64,000 bases of DNA from contig QZJZ01000010.1 in the NCBI GenBank assembly GCA_003599815.1, positions 15,050 to 79,049 on the forward strand, in the 5' to 3' direction. Positions within the stretch are counted from its first letter, which is position 1. Each line of letters opens with the position of its first letter. Origin of the DNA: Candidatus Auribacter fodinae. Its GTDB lineage: Bacteria > Auribacterota > Auribacteria > Auribacterales > Auribacteraceae. Position numbers and translations under genes: made by a program. The notes under the pieces are model-generated. The model was not told the DNA's origin. It saw only the letters and a list, made by a program, of their open reading frames with translations, and ran no database searches. Below, one piece after another: positions 26,822-36,280 of the stretch.

Positions 26822-28394
26822 AGCCACGAAACTAAGAACATTTATCGAATATGGCCGACTCTTTCGGTACACGCTTTTAGTGGTTACTATTGTTTTGACT
26901 TTCGCGTTGCTGTCGCTTTCAATAAACTGGTCCGGTCTTTTTGTCGTTAATTACCTTGATAATTCCTTTTTCCCGCTCGGACAGCTGACACGATACATCA
27001 GTATGCTGACGGGACTCGGAATTATCGGCGCATTGTTTTTGTATTCCATAAATCACTACCTGAAAATTTTTAAAACCGTCTCTTTTAAAAATAATATAGA
27101 GATGCTGCTCGGTGTGTTCACGTTATTATTGGCATTACTTATGACGCGAATAATGATGTATATACTGCAAACACCTGTTGACGCCTCGCACCTTACTATC
27201 CGCATAGTATCGGCATTAAAGTATACGCCACTGTTCCCATCAATCATGAGTGCCATACTGTGCGGTATCCTGTTGCCGATCCCCGGGGCGCTCATTATTG
27301 TCTCTGTTTTCTCATTATGCATCGGTATCATGTATCATGGCGATTTTGTTATTTTTATCATGAGTATACTGTCGCTCTCTATTGGTATTCTTATTTCATT
27401 CCGGGCACGGCGGCGCTCACACCTTATGCGCGCCGGACTGGTAACCGGTATTATTCAGGGATTGTTTATTTTCGCAGGCGGTATAATTTCAGAACAGGAA
27501 GCGCCTCTGCTCATTATTCATTCCCTGAACGGCATAACCAACGGTTTTCTCGGTGGTTTTTTCTGCGCAGGTTTGTTACCTATTATGGAGGCGCTCTTCC
27601 ATGTGACCACAGATATACGGCTTGTGGAATTGTCAGACCTTAACCACCCTTTGCTTAAAAAACTGGTGCTTGAGGCGCCCGGTACGTATCACCACAGCCT
27701 TATTGTCGCCAACCTTGCTGAATCCGCGGCGGAAGTAGTCGGAGCAAACCCACTGCTGACCCGGGTAGGATCTTATTTCCACGATATTGGCAAATTGAAA
27801 AAACCTGAATATTTTTCTGAGAACGAGTGGCGCGGCAAAAGCAGGCACGACAAACTGATTCCAAGCATGAGCAGTCTGATTATAATATCTCATGTAAAAG
27901 ACGGCATTGATCTCTCACGGAAATATGGTTTGCCGAAAGAAATAGTGGAAATTATTCAACAGCATCACGGGCGAAGCCTTGTCTTCTTTTTCTTCAAACG
28001 GGCGGAACAGAACCTGCAGATGAATGAGACTATCAACGAAGAAGAATACAGATACCCCGGCCCCATTCCGCAAACAAAAGAAGCGGCTATTATTCTGCTT
28101 GCCGATGCAACTGAAGCGGCATCGCGTTCACTTGACAAACCGACACCGTCAAGGATAAGTAATCTGATCGAAAATATTTTCAATTCACGAATTGCCGACG
28201 GTCAGCTCAACAATTCACAACTGACTATGAACGATTTAACACGCATAAAAGAGTGTTTTGCGTATATTTTAAACAGTATATTCCATACACGCCCGAAGTA
28301 TCCCGATGACGAAACAAAAATTATAGAGGACACTCATGAAAATCAGGATAAGCAATCGCCAGAAACGGTTTCAGATATACCCATCAACGATTAA
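26748..28394 (+). CDS. 7TM-receptor/HD-domain membrane phosphohydrolase (PgpH/YqfF-like)
   Basis: Multiple TM helices are followed by the HD domain ...HHSLIVANLAESAA...SYFHDIGKL...IISHVKDGI... The longest ORF overlaps the phoH 3' end by 74 nt, so the true start is uncertain. Confidence 0.8.
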   Translation: MKRFIRKRKLIKNKLISTQKRKTAEATKLRTFIEYGRLFRYTLLVVTIVLTFALLSLSINWSGLFVVNYLDNSFFPLGQLTRYISMLTGLGIIGALFLYSINHYLKIFKTVSFKNNIEMLLGVFTLLLALLMTRIMMYILQTPVDASHLTIRIVSALKYTPLFPSIMSAILCGILLPIPGALIIVSVFSLCIGIMYHGDFVIFIMSILSLSIGILISFRARRRSHLMRAGLVTGIIQGLFIFAGGIISEQEAPLLIIHSLNGITNGFLGGFFCAGLLPIMEALFHVTTDIRLVELSDLNHPLLKKLVLEAPGTYHHSLIVANLAESAAEVVGANPLLTRVGSYFHDIGKLKKPEYFSENEWRGKSRHDKLIPSMSSLIIISHVKDGIDLSRKYGLPKEIVEIIQQHHGRSLVFFFFKRAEQNLQMNETINEEEYRYPGPIPQTKEAAIILLADATEAASRSLDKPTPSRISNLIENIFNSRIADGQLNNSQLTMNDLTRIKECFAYILNSIFHTRPKYPDDETKIIEDTHENQDKQSPETVSDIPIND

Positions 28395-28815
28395 AAATAT
28401 CTGTGCGGAAGTTCTCACCTGCGAAGGCGAACCGGAATCAGTCGAGTTGGACGTCAGTATCGTTTCAGATGAAGAAATAGAACAATTAAACGAGCAGTAC
28501 TTGCAGCATACCGGACCGACAGACGTTCTCTCCTTCTCCCAGCGAGAAGGTGATGATGTTGACGGGCTTGACGATCAGATTGGAGATGTGGTAGTCTCAG
28601 CCGACCGTGCCTTTGAACAGTCAGCTATATTCGACACCAGCTTTAATGAAGAATTCGCGCTGTATATTATACATGGAATACTCCATCTTCTGGGATATGA
28701 CGATACCACCGATGAGGACAAAGACTGCATGGAAAAAAGACAGCAGTACTTATTACAGAAACTGGTAAGAGCAGGCGGAAGCATACAATTGATTTCCGAC
28801 CAAACCGAAGGATAA
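28336..28815 (+). CDS. ybeY: rRNA maturation endoribonuclease YbeY
   Basis: The zinc-binding motif ...YIIHGILHLLGYDD... (HxxxHxxxxxH) matches YbeY, as does the overall size. Confidence 0.85.
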   Translation: MKIRISNRQKRFQIYPSTIKNICAEVLTCEGEPESVELDVSIVSDEEIEQLNEQYLQHTGPTDVLSFSQREGDDVDGLDDQIGDVVVSADRAFEQSAIFDTSFNEEFALYIIHGILHLLGYDDTTDEDKDCMEKRQQYLLQKLVRAGGSIQLISDQTEG

Positions 28816-28825
28816 AGAGCCACTC

Positions 28826-30136
28826 ATGATTTTTATATTTTTAACGGTATCACTCATCGTTTTTTCATTATGCTCATCGCTGGAAGTAACGCTATGGTTA
28901 ATAAGCGATATCAAAGCAAAATTGCTGGAAGACAAGTCCCCGCGCATTAAAAAAGTGGTAAGCCTGTGGGTTCATCATTCTGAAAATATCATTTCTACCC
29001 TGCTTATTATCAAGTCCTTGGCGGGCATATGCCTGGTCGCGCTCGTTCTGAGCGCTGAGATGCAATTGCTTCCACATTACGATTCCATGTCTGTTCTGAT
29101 TCTCTCCTGCATGGGTATCAGCTTAGTGTTTATTACCATATGTGAAGTCGTCCCAAAAATCCTGATTAAAAGAAAACCCGATCTGATACCAATATACATT
29201 ATTCGCCCGTTTTACTATATCTCATTCATTTTTTTTGTTGTTAATGCTCTGCTTCGCGCCTTGGCCAATTCGTTCACCGGAATACTGCGTGTCCCTGCGG
29301 AACAGACTGATTATTCGTTCACCGAAGAAGAAATAAAAACAATTATCGAAATGGGCGAAGAAGAAGGCACAGTCGAAGCTGATGAACGCAAAATGATTCA
29401 CAGTATATTTGATTTCGGTGAAACAATTGTGCGTGAAGTTATGAGCCCGCGAGTCGATATGATCTGCATACAGCATACAGCCGCCCTGAAACAAGCGGTT
29501 GAACTGATTCGTGACTGCCACCACTCGCGAATACCTGTGTACAAAGAAAACATAGATAACATTGTCGGCATACTTTACGCAAAAGACATTCTTGACTTTC
29601 TCGAACAGGATGTTTTTCATAAAACCGCTGTTAGAGATATCATGCACCCCCCCATGTTTGTCCCTGAAACTAAACTGATTAGTGAATTACTGCATGAATT
29701 CAGAAAAGATAAAACACATCTTGCCATTGCTGTTGACGAATATGGAGGCACTTCAGGAGTGGTAACGATTGAGGATATCCTTGAAGAAATCATTGGAGAA
29801 ATACAGGACGAGTATGATACGGATGAAGAAGCGCTTTTTACACAACATTCCGATCATTACATCTTTGACGCAAAAATGCCTATCCCTGAATTTAAGGAAT
29901 TACTCAATATCGATGACGAGTTTGAAGACGAAAGTGAATATGACAGCCTGGGAGGATACGCTTTTTATCAGTTGGGCAGAATACCCCAGATAGGCGAAAT
30001 TTTTGTGAGGCATAACCTTGAATTTGAAGTTGTCGACGCTGACGAAAAACGGGTTATTACACTAAAAGTTTCTATCATTAAATCAGAGTACAAAAATGAT
30101 ACACCTGAACACGACACGAACAATAAGGAAATTTAA
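28826..30136 (+). CDS. corC: CNNM/CorC-family protein (DUF21 TM domain + CBS pair + CorC_HlyC)
   Basis: An N-terminal 4-TM DUF21 domain is followed by CBS-pair and C-terminal transporter-associated domains. It sits at the conserved position after ybeY. Confidence 0.85.
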   Translation: MIFIFLTVSLIVFSLCSSLEVTLWLISDIKAKLLEDKSPRIKKVVSLWVHHSENIISTLLIIKSLAGICLVALVLSAEMQLLPHYDSMSVLILSCMGISLVFITICEVVPKILIKRKPDLIPIYIIRPFYYISFIFFVVNALLRALANSFTGILRVPAEQTDYSFTEEEIKTIIEMGEEEGTVEADERKMIHSIFDFGETIVREVMSPRVDMICIQHTAALKQAVELIRDCHHSRIPVYKENIDNIVGILYAKDILDFLEQDVFHKTAVRDIMHPPMFVPETKLISELLHEFRKDKTHLAIAVDEYGGTSGVVTIEDILEEIIGEIQDEYDTDEEALFTQHSDHYIFDAKMPIPEFKELLNIDDEFEDESEYDSLGGYAFYQLGRIPQIGEIFVRHNLEFEVVDADEKRVITLKVSIIKSEYKNDTPEHDTNNKEI

Positions 30137-30137
30137 A

Positions 30138-30782
30138 ATGTTGCTCAGACGAATGCGTAATTATCTCTTAACCGGCATTATTATAATTCTGCCTATAGTC
30201 ATTTCAATATACCTGATAGTCTTCCTTTTTATTAAAGCGACTGATTATATATTCAACCTTTTTCCGGGCATGTACTATGATCAGCTTCAGCTCAAAATTC
30301 TCATCAGGGTTATCGCGCTTGGATTTCTTATTACAGGGCTTATCCTTGTCGGTATGTTCGGACGCAATGTCATCGGAAGACGGCTACTGACGTTTGGGGA
30401 ATCAATATTACTGAGAATACCATTGCTCGGACGTGTCTATGTTGCGGTAAAACAGGTAAGTGAAGCATTTCTTGGATACGATAAAACCATCCTTAATAAA
30501 GTATGCCTTGTCGAATACCCGAGGAAAGGCATGCACGCCATAGGGTTTATCACATCCACCGCCGTCGGTGAAGTACAATATAAAACGGAAAAAAAAGTTA
30601 TAAACGTTTTTGTGCCAACAACTCCCAACCCTACTTCAGGCACACTTATAATGATTCCGGAAGAAGATGTTACACCACTTGATATGTCCATTGAAGACGG
30701 GTTAAAACTGGTTATTTCAGGCGGAGCGGTAAACCCTCCCTATACCCCCCCTGCAAAAGGTGCGCCTCAACCACCCAGATAA
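30138..30782 (+). CDS. DUF502-family membrane protein
   Basis: Two TM helices, then ...VCLVEYPRKGMHAIGFIT... typical of DUF502/COG2928. The start is placed at the ATG 1 nt after the corC stop. Confidence 0.7.
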   Translation: MLLRRMRNYLLTGIIIILPIVISIYLIVFLFIKATDYIFNLFPGMYYDQLQLKILIRVIALGFLITGLILVGMFGRNVIGRRLLTFGESILLRIPLLGRVYVAVKQVSEAFLGYDKTILNKVCLVEYPRKGMHAIGFITSTAVGEVQYKTEKKVINVFVPTTPNPTSGTLIMIPEEDVTPLDMSIEDGLKLVISGGAVNPPYTPPAKGAPQPPR

Positions 30783-30801
30783 GCGAAAGGACCAGTGCCA
30801 T

Positions 30802-31584
30802 ATGCCGGAGATATGTGAAACGACAGGTATTGTGCTCCGCAAATTCGACTATTCCAATACCAGCCTGATATTCCATTTGTTCTCAGGCGCTGAAGGCATG
30901 ATACACATTCTTGCACGAGGGGCAAAATCACCCAAAAGCGCTTTTCGCGGAAGAATAGAGCTGTTTCACGAACTGCGTTGTCATTATCTAAAAACAGGAT
31001 CAACATCATTATACACGCTCAAAGAATGTACCCCGCTGACCCGCTGCAAATCAGCAACAAACCCTGACATCTTTTTTCTCTGTTCATTTATTGCCGACTG
31101 TATATGTTCATTTCCATGGGAATCCGGCGAAACAATTGAAATATATAATGTATTGAAAAAAACTCTTGATGCTTTGGAACACACCGAGCAAGACAACTAT
31201 ACAACTATTATCCTCTATTATTCATGCAGAGTCTTATCTGTTTTAGGATATATGCCGGATACTGTTTCATGTACCCGATCAGGAATGCCTCTCGCCGGGC
31301 AAATCTACCCCATTTTCGAACCTGTGCCGGGATTCGCACTGCGTTCATCCCTGACAATCACGGAACAAAACAGGTATACAACATCATTAGATAGAGACTT
31401 CCTGTCGGCATTCGAATCAGTTATCGCTATGGAAACTATGGATCAGTTCCTGTCAATCTCATATACGGAAACTATGATAACAAAACTTGCCTCAATCTGT
31501 ATTTTTTTTCTGAACGGTTTATCGGACAGGAAAATGCGTTCTTTTGAACTGCTTCAGAAAACAGGGATTATTTCATCATTATAG
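30802..31584 (+). CDS. recO: DNA repair protein RecO
   Basis: N-terminal OB fold ...GIVLRKFDYSNTSLIFHLFSGAEGMIHILARGAKSPKS.FRG... A C-terminal Cys-containing region follows. Start at the Met with an AAAGGA ribosome-binding site. Confidence 0.7.
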   Translation: MPEICETTGIVLRKFDYSNTSLIFHLFSGAEGMIHILARGAKSPKSAFRGRIELFHELRCHYLKTGSTSLYTLKECTPLTRCKSATNPDIFFLCSFIADCICSFPWESGETIEIYNVLKKTLDALEHTEQDNYTTIILYYSCRVLSVLGYMPDTVSCTRSGMPLAGQIYPIFEPVPGFALRSSLTITEQNRYTTSLDRDFLSAFESVIAMETMDQFLSISYTETMITKLASICIFFLNGLSDRKMRSFELLQKTGIISSL

Positions 31585-31587
31585 GAA

Positions 31588-33396
31588 TTAGCAATACTTG
31601 ATCTGGCTCGCTTGGTCAATCAGGTCATCAGGTGTTGCCGCTTCATTCGGGTATGCCGCGTCGCCCACCCGGACAACAACATTTTTTCCATTCAGCAAAG
31701 CGCATAAACCGGAATGAATTTGTTTTGATTTTTCGCCGGCAGACATTCCCGGGCAAAGAATAACATATACCTCCGGTGTTGCCTGAGAAAAACAATCAGT
31801 TCCACTGAGTACTTGTGAGAAAACTTCATTAATCTCGGATAGCGAACAGGCTCCTGACTGCAATACTGCCTCAAGCCCTTCCATTTCTACAATAATCAGT
31901 ATTCCTCCTGATCCGGACTGAGCGGCAACTGCAATCGTTTTTTCCAGTTTATCCTGAAAAGCTTCCATATCCACACTTTTCGGCTTTTCCTTGATTTTTG
32001 GCTGTTGCGGCAATATTGATGGAGCAGGCTGTTTCAATATGCTCTTCTGAGTAAGATGATTTACCTCTGGTTCACGTGGTTTCAGGATAGTCGGTCCATT
32101 CTGCATAATTGCGTCGCTTTTTACGATATCCAACTTCTTCTCTGTGTCCTGTGTAACGGGTTGAAGAGGTGCGTTGGGTAAAACAACCGTCGCTTTGGAT
32201 GCGTCCTGTTCATGTTGCGACTCAATAACGTTCTGTAAAAAGTTCTTCATATCGTCGCCTGTATCATTCAATGAAATATCTACCTGAAGTATTTCATCGA
32301 CATCATCAGGAACAGACACAGCCTCAGTAATTTCTTCTTCCTGTTCAGTCATCTTTTCAAAAATGGATTTGTTTAATGCTTTTCTATACGCCTCTCGAGC
32401 GGAAATAACCTTTTCCATTACAAGCTTTGATAATGACTGATCCATTGTACAGTTGCCTTCCTGCTTGCTGGTCTCCATAATTGAGGAAATCTGATGTGAT
32501 TTTCCTTCACGAATCAGATTAGCAACACCCGGATTGACAACCAGCACTTCATGAACAGCCACCCTGCCTTTTTTATCTTTTCGTTTCAATAACTGCTGAG
32601 CAATAATGCCCTTCAGCGATGACGCCAGCATTGTCCGTATCTGTTCCTGCTGGTTTTCAGGGAACACATCGATAATACGGTTAATTGTTTTTGGCGCACT
32701 GTTAGTGTGAAGAGTACCAAAAACAAGTATCCCCATTTCAGCCGCCGTAATTGCAAGGGATATGGTCTCAAGGTCACGCATTTCCCCCACCAGAATCACA
32801 TCAGGGTCTTCACGCATCGCGGCACGCAAGGCGTTTGCGAATGAACGAGTATGACGTCCGACTTCACGATGCGAAATAATGGACTGTTTTTCTTCGTGCA
32901 CGAATTCCAACGGATCCTCAATCGTTATTATATGCAATCGGCGATCTGTATTAATCAAATCGATCAGCGCGGCCAGTGTCGTTGATTTACCTGAACCGGT
33001 CGGGCCGGTAACCAGTACAAGGCCGCTTTTCAGATAAGTAAAATTACGAATAGTCTCCGATACTCCCAATTCATCACATGAAAATACCTGCGACGGGATC
33101 ATCCTGAATACTGCACAGACGCCGTTATTCTGCCGGAAAATGTTACCGCGATAACGAGATACTCCTTTAATTTCATAGGACATATCAATGTCATTGTTAT
33201 TTTCAAAAGAAGCTATCTGGTCAGCATCCATTATTTCATACAACAGCGACTTATTGAATTCAGAAGTCAGCACATCAAGAGACGTGCGCCTCATCACACC
33301 ATTCAGGCGTACTATTGGAGGGTCTCCCGGCACCATGTGCAAGTCAGAAGCATTATGTTCAGGCAACAGTTTCAGTATCTGATCTATTTTAGCCAT
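31588..33396 (-). CDS. PilT/PilU-family type IV pilus retraction ATPase paralog with ~260 aa C-terminal extension (putative degenerate GGDEF-like domain)
   Basis: It has a Walker A box (LVTGPTGSGKSTTLAAL) and the PilT core to about residue 345. The C-terminal tail has GGDEF-like secondary-structure blocks (ILIIVEMEG..., ...EVYVILCPG..., ...VVVRVGDAAYP...DDLIDQAS), but the GG[DE]EF motif itself is absent. Confidence 0.8.
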   Translation of the reverse strand: MAKIDQILKLLPEHNASDLHMVPGDPPIVRLNGVMRRTSLDVLTSEFNKSLLYEIMDADQIASFENNNDIDMSYEIKGVSRYRGNIFRQNNGVCAVFRMIPSQVFSCDELGVSETIRNFTYLKSGLVLVTGPTGSGKSTTLAALIDLINTDRRLHIITIEDPLEFVHEEKQSIISHREVGRHTRSFANALRAAMREDPDVILVGEMRDLETISLAITAAEMGILVFGTLHTNSAPKTINRIIDVFPENQQEQIRTMLASSLKGIIAQQLLKRKDKKGRVAVHEVLVVNPGVANLIREGKSHQISSIMETSKQEGNCTMDQSLSKLVMEKVISAREAYRKALNKSIFEKMTEQEEEITEAVSVPDDVDEILQVDISLNDTGDDMKNFLQNVIESQHEQDASKATVVLPNAPLQPVTQDTEKKLDIVKSDAIMQNGPTILKPREPEVNHLTQKSILKQPAPSILPQQPKIKEKPKSVDMEAFQDKLEKTIAVAAQSGSGGILIIVEMEGLEAVLQSGACSLSEINEVFSQVLSGTDCFSQATPEVYVILCPGMSAGEKSKQIHSGLCALLNGKNVVVRVGDAAYPNEAATPDDLIDQASQIKYC

Positions 33397-34465
33397 TGTT
33401 CTCCTCCTTAAGAAACTGTCTGAACTGAGTCTTATCCTGAGCGAAAGCATACGCTTTCTGAGGAGAAATAACGCCGTTTTTAAGTAAATCCATAATACTA
33501 TCGTCCATCATGCACATACCTGACTTGGCTTTTCCGCTCTGAATAATGGACGGTATTTGAAACGTTTTGTTATCGCGAATCATATTTGCCAGAGCAGACG
33601 TATTGATCAGCAATTCCGCCGCGACAACCATTCCCTGCTTATCAGATCTGGGTATAAGCTGTTGAGATAATACGCCTTTCAATGATTCAGCCAGCATAAT
33701 GCGCACTTTATTCTGTTCACCCGGCGGAAACACATCAATAATACGGTTTACCGTACCAACCGCATCAGTAGTGTGCAATGTACCGAAAACAAGATGACCC
33801 GTCTCAGCCGCCGTAAGCGCTAGAGATATGGTTTCTAGGTCACGAAGTTCGCCCACCATAATCACATCAGGGTCTTCACGCAGTGCTGACCGCAATGCCG
33901 CAGTGTAACTTTTGGTATGAATACGGACTTCACGCTGGTTAACCACACCGCGAAGGTTTTTATGTATATATTCTATCGGATCTTCAATAGTGAGAATATG
34001 GTCAGCCCTGTTTCTGTTTATAAGGTTAACCATGGAGGCAAGTGTCGTGGTTTTTCCACTGCCCATGGGCCCGGTTACCAGAACCAGTCCCTGATGAAGG
34101 TCGGTAAAATTTTTAACCGCTGGAGGCAACCCGAGATCATGGAGTTCAGGTATAGTATCCGGTATCAGCCTGAATACGCCATTTACTCCGCCGCGGTACT
34201 GCATGAACAAGTTACCGCGATACCTGTAATTATCGGTGGAAGTATAGGCAAAATCAAGGTCAAGGGACTGCTTAAAGAATTCGCTCTGTTCAGACGTGAG
34301 CATTGCAAACAACATATCATGAGAATTCGATACAACATCATCATTATCATTAAGATACGTTAGTTCACCATGAAGCCGGACAACAGGAGCACGTCCTGAG
34401 GCAATATGGATGTCAGACGCACCCTTTTCCCGGGCTTGCGCGAATAGTTCTTCGATTTTGAGCAT
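33389..34465 (-). CDS. pilT: Type IV pilus twitching-motility ATPase PilT
   Basis: 358 aa. LVTGPMGSGKTTTLASMVNLIN, ...ILTIEDPIEY... and ...VGELRD.ETI... are PilT hallmarks. Confidence 0.85.
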   Translation of the reverse strand: MLKIEELFAQAREKGASDIHIASGRAPVVRLHGELTYLNDNDDVVSNSHDMLFAMLTSEQSEFFKQSLDLDFAYTSTDNYRYRGNLFMQYRGGVNGVFRLIPDTIPELHDLGLPPAVKNFTDLHQGLVLVTGPMGSGKTTTLASMVNLINRNRADHILTIEDPIEYIHKNLRGVVNQREVRIHTKSYTAALRSALREDPDVIMVGELRDLETISLALTAAETGHLVFGTLHTTDAVGTVNRIIDVFPPGEQNKVRIMLAESLKGVLSQQLIPRSDKQGMVVAAELLINTSALANMIRDNKTFQIPSIIQSGKAKSGMCMMDDSIMDLLKNGVISPQKAYAFAQDKTQFRQFLKEENNG

Positions 34466-34474
34466 GGCGATAGT

Positions 34475-35539
34475 TTACTGTTCAGGGTTAAGTGCCGTTA
34501 TCCTTCGTCGTTCGGCCTGCCTGAAATTCTGCTCATATGAGTTTTTGTACTGACTGCGCACCAATGATTCCTCACCTTCGCGCAATTCCTGCACTTTTGC
34601 TTCAAATGCCCTGATGTAGAGATCTATGATGTTCCCCACTTCAGGATGCGCATAGCGTTTAAGGCGTTTAAGTTGCAGTAGAGCTTTCATGGCATCCGGC
34701 CTACGATGATAATATCGCCAGTATTCGGGTGAGAATTGAGCAAATTCTTTAATTATTTTTTCCAGCCGCTCGGTAGACAATGCAAACAAGTCACCGCTTT
34801 CCATACCCACCACAATGTCTACGTATTCCTGTTTCTGCTGTGCCTGTTCAAGCTTCTGTTTTTCTCTTTCAAGTTTAATACGAACCAGCTTTCTGTTTAT
34901 TTCATGGAGTTCTTCCAATTTGTGAAGTAGATAAAAACGGCTCTTTTCATCCATTTCATCAATATAATCTATCTCTTCCAGACGATACACCGACAACCCG
35001 GTTTCCGTCTCAATCGAAACTATCTCATCGGTACTTGTCCGTATTACTCCTTCAACCGATTCGCCATTCGCCAGCAAAATTATATCCGCAGGAGCGACAG
35101 CTACTTCAAGCTGTAATTTAGATTTTTTACGAGTCAGAGACTCAATCGTATCATTCTCTTCTTCGGCAATGACAGGCACATACTGATCCGGCATAGATTC
35201 AAGCAGGGCTTCAAAACCAAGATCTTCCAGTGCTTTCAGTTCGTCATCGTACAATGTATCGTTATCAACATATCCGTCATCAAGGTCAGTTATCTCTTCC
35301 GAGACAGAAACATCAGTATCATTCTCCGATTCAGGTGCCGTAGCTTCGCCTCCAAGAATAATGATTACCCCTTCATTATCCATCATAACCCGTGTATCAT
35401 TGCTCTGTTCGGCGAGTACTTGCTCGTTACCGGTATTGTCCGGCATTACCTCTTCAGGCGCAGAGTCCTGTGCCATGCACACAGATGACAAGGAGAACAT
35501 TAAAATTACAAACACATAAACAGAACTTGATTTTTTCAT
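34475..35539 (-). CDS. Secreted acidic/coiled-coil hypothetical protein
   Basis: Signal peptide MKKSSSVYVFVILMFSLSSVCMAQ. The N-terminal half is Asp/Glu-rich and low-complexity; the C-terminal half is charged and helical. It lies between the NYN gene and pilT with 2 nt and 10 nt gaps. Confidence 0.5.
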   Translation of the reverse strand: MKKSSSVYVFVILMFSLSSVCMAQDSAPEEVMPDNTGNEQVLAEQSNDTRVMMDNEGVIIILGGEATAPESENDTDVSVSEEITDLDDGYVDNDTLYDDELKALEDLGFEALLESMPDQYVPVIAEEENDTIESLTRKKSKLQLEVAVAPADIILLANGESVEGVIRTSTDEIVSIETETGLSVYRLEEIDYIDEMDEKSRFYLLHKLEELHEINRKLVRIKLEREKQKLEQAQQKQEYVDIVVGMESGDLFALSTERLEKIIKEFAQFSPEYWRYYHRRPDAMKALLQLKRLKRYAHPEVGNIIDLYIRAFEAKVQELREGEESLVRSQYKNSYEQNFRQAERRRITALNPEQ

Positions 35540-35540
35540 T

Positions 35541-36110
35541 TTATGTTCTTTCTTTCGTTTTACTGTCTTTGTTATCTTTAAAGATCAGCGATTCATCTAT
35601 TGGTATGAACAATGTTGCCGCCACCTGAAGTTCCTGAGCAGTACTTCGTTCAAAAGCGACTACTTCCACCCTGCATCCGCGCGCTTTGAGCATTTCCACA
35701 AGAGGGACAAAATCGCCATCGCCAGTAACCAGCACAACAGTATCGACTTTATCTGATATGGCTATGGAGTCGATTGCGATCCCCATATCCCAGTCGCCTT
35801 TAGCGGTTCCATCAGGCCGTATTTTCAATTCCTTTTTCCGAATCTCATATCCCACTCTGGTTAAAACATCGATAAAACCGCTCTGATTAATATCTTCGTG
35901 TTGAACAATATACGCTATCGCCCGTATCATTTGCCGATCGCCGACAATCATGTCCATCAGCTTTTTAAAGTTAATTTTTGAATGGAATATATTTCGCGCG
36001 GAATAAAAGACGTTCTGAACATCAACAAATATGCCGATACGCTGGGGAAAATGACGGTATGTGTTAAAATCAAAATTTGCTTCATCCAAGTCATCTCTTC
36101 TAACTGCCAT
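35541..36110 (-). CDS. NYN-domain (LabA-like/DUF88) putative RNase
   Basis: ...IGIFVDVQNVFYSA...RAIAYIV...VVLVTGDGDFVPLVEMLKARGCRVEVVAF... carries the PIN-like Asp residues typical of NYN/LabA. Confidence 0.75.
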   Translation of the reverse strand: MAVRRDDLDEANFDFNTYRHFPQRIGIFVDVQNVFYSARNIFHSKINFKKLMDMIVGDRQMIRAIAYIVQHEDINQSGFIDVLTRVGYEIRKKELKIRPDGTAKGDWDMGIAIDSIAISDKVDTVVLVTGDGDFVPLVEMLKARGCRVEVVAFERSTAQELQVAATLFIPIDESLIFKDNKDSKTKERT

Positions 36111-36280
36111 AACGCTCCTTTATGTAATAAAGATCTTCAGAATACACTTTTCATTATTATAGTACCAGAAAACAGACGTCTATTTCGAGAAAAATTTCAA
36201 TTGTCACCTGATTTTCAAAGCTATATACTTGAGATACAAACAACACATCAACATTTCATTTTATTTTCCGGACACGCTAA

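Noticed and set aside
33389-33396. Possible frameshift or fusion between the two PilT genes
   Set aside because: Both ORFs are intact with their own Walker A and full PilT cores. The 8 nt overlap is ordinary operon overlap, not a disrupted single gene.
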